NCBI RefSeq assembly: GCF_001194135.2
Contig: NC_068986.1
Location: 114,425,841-114,489,840, forward strand
Length of the DNA: 64,000 nucleotides
Direction: 5' to 3'
Source of the DNA: Octopus bimaculoides
Taxonomy: Eukaryota
Made by a program: the position numbers and the translations under genes. The notes below the pieces were generated by a model. The model searched no databases and was not told where the DNA came from. It saw only the letters and a program-made list of their open reading frames with translations. Below are positions 61,001 through 64,000 of the stretch, in pieces. How positions within the stretch are numbered: the first letter of the stretch is position 1; every line of letters begins with the position of its first letter.

Positions 61001-61250
61001 TGGTCCGGTTTCTGTCCCACTGCGTGACATCTTCGGCCCGTGCCGACCAAAGTCTTGTGAGTGGATTTGACAGAAAAAACTGAAAGAAGTCTATTGTACG
61101 TATGTGTGTGTGTGTTTGCGTTTGTCCCCCCACCCACCATCACCACATAACGATTGGTATTGGTTTGTTTACGTCCCTGTAACTTAGCGGGTCAGCAAAA
61201 AGGGATTAACAGACTTTAAAAAAATAAGTACTGTGGCCGATTTGGCCGAT
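61001..61250 (+). mobile_element. SINE family B, 5'-truncated and diverged
   Basis: gtcccactgcgtg...gccgaccaaagtcttgtgagtggattt...actgaaagaag...tttacgtccctgtaacttagcgg. Confidence 0.8.
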
Positions 61251-61450
61251 TTCATGTCCATTGATTACAACAAATAAAAGATAAAAGTTACGCACGAGTT
61301 TGGTCGGAGACGCACGCCGTATGCACACGCGAACACACACACAAAACACACACAAAACACACACAAAACATACGCGCGCGCGCGCGATCATAAGAAAAAA
61401 CGCCTAATATTTTATCTGTTGTCCAAATAAAACAAAGTCTGAAAATAAAA

Positions 61451-61517
61451 AGATGATGATGATGATGACGATGATGACGATGATGATGATGATGATGACG
61501 ATGATGACGATGATGAC

Positions 61518-61556
<39 letters not shown>

Positions 61557-61565
61557 AATGATGAT
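61451..61565. repeat. (GAT/GAC)n trinucleotide repeat
   Basis: Direct reading. Confidence 0.95.
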
Positions 61566-62138
61566 AGGGGCTGGTGCTGAAGGTAATAATAATGGCGATG
61601 ATTGTTATTATGCCGTTTGTAATTATGTAATCTACCTCTTACATTTCTCTGACGTGGTGTATCTAGAACAACGTTATCCAGTCAAGCCTTCCGTTTTTTT
61701 TTATATATGACGTTAGGGTGTAATTCGAGGAAGATTTGGCTGCTATTTCTAGCAGACAACGCATAGACTTCACAGTTCCGACCGCGCGAAAGTGTGACAG
61801 TCTGTTTTAATACTGCTAAAGATAAAAAAAAGTTGTCGTTGCTGTTGTTGTTGCTTAACCCCATGTCAGCTTTAATCCGACCGATTCGAAATAAAAGACA
61901 TTCCAGCCGTGATCACCTTTTTTATTTCTGGTTATTCTGTCTACGACTACAATGACTCGCCTGTGCTTTTTTAATGATGGAAGGTTGTGCTTTGAGCAAG
62001 ATTTCGCTGCTATTTCTTACAGGCTGATTGAACTGGGAGCATGTGTAAGTACCCGCGTTGGCTGGTAATGATGGAACTAGTAATGATGGAAACTGGTGTT
62101 CTGAGGAGCAAGTGGTATACATGGAAGGGAAGGGTGTG

Positions 62139-62187
<49 letters not shown>

Positions 62188-62398
62188 NNNNNNNNNNNNN
62201 NNNNNNNNNNNNNNNNNNNNNNNNNNNNNNNNNNNNNNNNNNNNNNNNNNNNNNNNNNNNNNNNNNNNNNNNNNNNNNNNNNNNNNNNNNNNNNNNNNNN
62301 NNNNNNNNNNNNNNNNNNNNNNNNNNNNNNNNNNNNNNNNNNNNNNNNNNNNNNNNNNNNNNNNNNNNNNNNNNNNNNNNNNNNNTATACACATATAT

Positions 62399-62471
<73 letters not shown>

Positions 62472-62610
62472 TACACACATATTTATACACACACACATAC
62501 ACATATATATATATCAGCTAGACAGACAGACAGACAGACAGACATGAGTGCGTATTTGTGCACAGATTTGATGAACGTGTTTGTGTTGAATGAAAGACAA
62601 AAAAGCGAGT

Positions 62611-62644
<34 letters not shown>

Positions 62645-62707
62645 CAGCAGCAAAAGAAGAAGAAGAAGAAGAAGAAGAAGAAGAAGAAGAAAAAGAAGAA
62701 GAAGAAG
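62611..62707. repeat. Compound (AGT)n(AGC)n(AAG)n repeat
   Basis: Direct reading. Confidence 0.95.
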
Positions 62708-63031
62708 CTGTACTATTTGAACAATCAAGTAAACAATATAAAAAGAAGTAAATCGGGGGCGAGAGCGATATTTAGACAAAGAAAGAAGAGTGATATATGC
62801 ATATATTGAGAGAGAGAGACAGACAGACAGACAGAGACAGACAGAGAGGGAGAGAGAGAGACAGACAGACAGACAGAAAGACAGAGAGACAGAGACAGAC
62901 AGACAGAAAGATAGAAAGAAAGAAAGAATGAAATAAAAAGGATAGATTGGAGGAAAATGGTATAATAAAAGAAAGGAATGAAGTATGAATGCGTGGTACA
63001 CACACAAACAGGGAGACAGAGAAAGAAAGAA

Positions 63032-63073
<42 letters not shown>

Positions 63074-63427
63074 TATAGATAGATAGATAGATGTGTTGGT
63101 ATAAAATATAATGTGTTTAAGTAGAAAAGGAGAGATATTTATCGAAGATTTGGAACTGGCAGAATGGTATTGGTTGTTGTTGTTCTTGTTGTTGTTTAAT
63201 CCCAGGTCAAGTCTGATGGAACAGACTTATCAGCAAAAGTGTTCAAGCTATGATCAACCTAATTTTTTATGAATATCCAAGACTACATTATCAAATGTTC
63301 TTTTATGACAGTAGTGTGTGTGTGAGAGAGACTGGCTGTTATTTCAAGGAGATAGATAGATAGATAGATGGATGGAAATGTCTACTATAAGAGATGAGAA
63401 AGTCTCTGCGTGAATGCGTGTGCGCGC

Positions 63428-63470
<43 letters not shown>

Positions 63471-63919
63471 GATAAAATAAGACTATGGAAAAAGGAAGCT
63501 ATGTATATAAATGAGAAATTGTATGTATGTACATAGCGAGAGAGAATGTATGTATAAGATTTTGTACACATAACAAGAACGTTTGTGTATAAAGAGAATG
63601 TGTTTATAATGAGAGACTGTATGAAAAGGCATGTGTGTAATGAGAAATTGCACGTATAAAGACTATGTATTATTTGAAGCTGATAGTATGAGAAACTGAA
63701 TATAACGATTAGTTGTATGTATAAAGAGAATGTGCGTGAGCGTGGTGTAATGTAAACGTGTGTGTATAATGAGGTCGAGTGTGTATAATGAAACAGGTAT
63801 GTATTAGAAATGTGTATATAATATATAATGAGAAGGAGAAAATCTGAAGGTGTGTGGAAAAAAGAAAATATGGATAAATTAAAGACGGAAAAATATGTAC
63901 AGACAGGCAGATAGATAGC

Positions 63920-63922
63920 TAC

Positions 63923-64000
<78 letters not shown>
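63920..64000. repeat. (AG)n microsatellite running off the window end
   Basis: Direct reading. Confidence 0.95.

Noticed and set aside
62021-62052. Apparent 22-bp micro-exon (tttcttacag|...|gtaagt)
   Set aside because: The acceptor lies in the recurrent repeat tail gctgctatttct(a/t)(g/a)cag also seen at ~42675 and ~61740; likely repeat-derived.

Overview
Eukaryotic, AT-rich, extremely repeat-dense genomic DNA with 12 assembly gaps, most flanked by microsatellites. The three tRNA-derived SINE families and the overall repeat landscape resemble what I recall of octopus (coleoid cephalopod) genomes; this taxon call is an inference with no database check. I recognise no host protein-coding gene with confidence, and no rRNA, true tRNA or CRISPR array. 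Most ORFs in the supplied track are artefacts of N-runs, microsatellites or antisense frames. Supportable content: two mariner (DD34D) transposase remnants; an R4/Dong-like RLE retrotransposon (three pieces); RTE, Tx1/L1 and CR1-like LINE fragments; many decayed Penelope-like (RT/GIY-YIG) fragments; about 13 SINE copies; a hAT MITE with an 8-bp TSD; and a Merlin-type MITE (perfect 28-bp TIR, 8-bp TSD, internal telomeric repeat) plus a Merlin/ISXO2 transposase remnant. Best leads: (1) minimal type I hammerhead ribozyme motifs, one with an intact core at 45395-45442 and a three-copy family with a variant core; (2) a telomere-repeat-bearing Merlin MITE with a possible autonomous partner 8 kb away; (3) recurrent perfect fold-back hairpins with 5-nt loops at element junctions (snap-back repair scars); (4) a SINE-Tx1 head-to-tail fusion; (5) an internally inverted RTE LINE; (6) a phase-compatible minus-strand exon pair at 36.3-37.0 kb encoding a Tyr-motif-bearing tail. 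None is proven to be a new system; each comes with a test.
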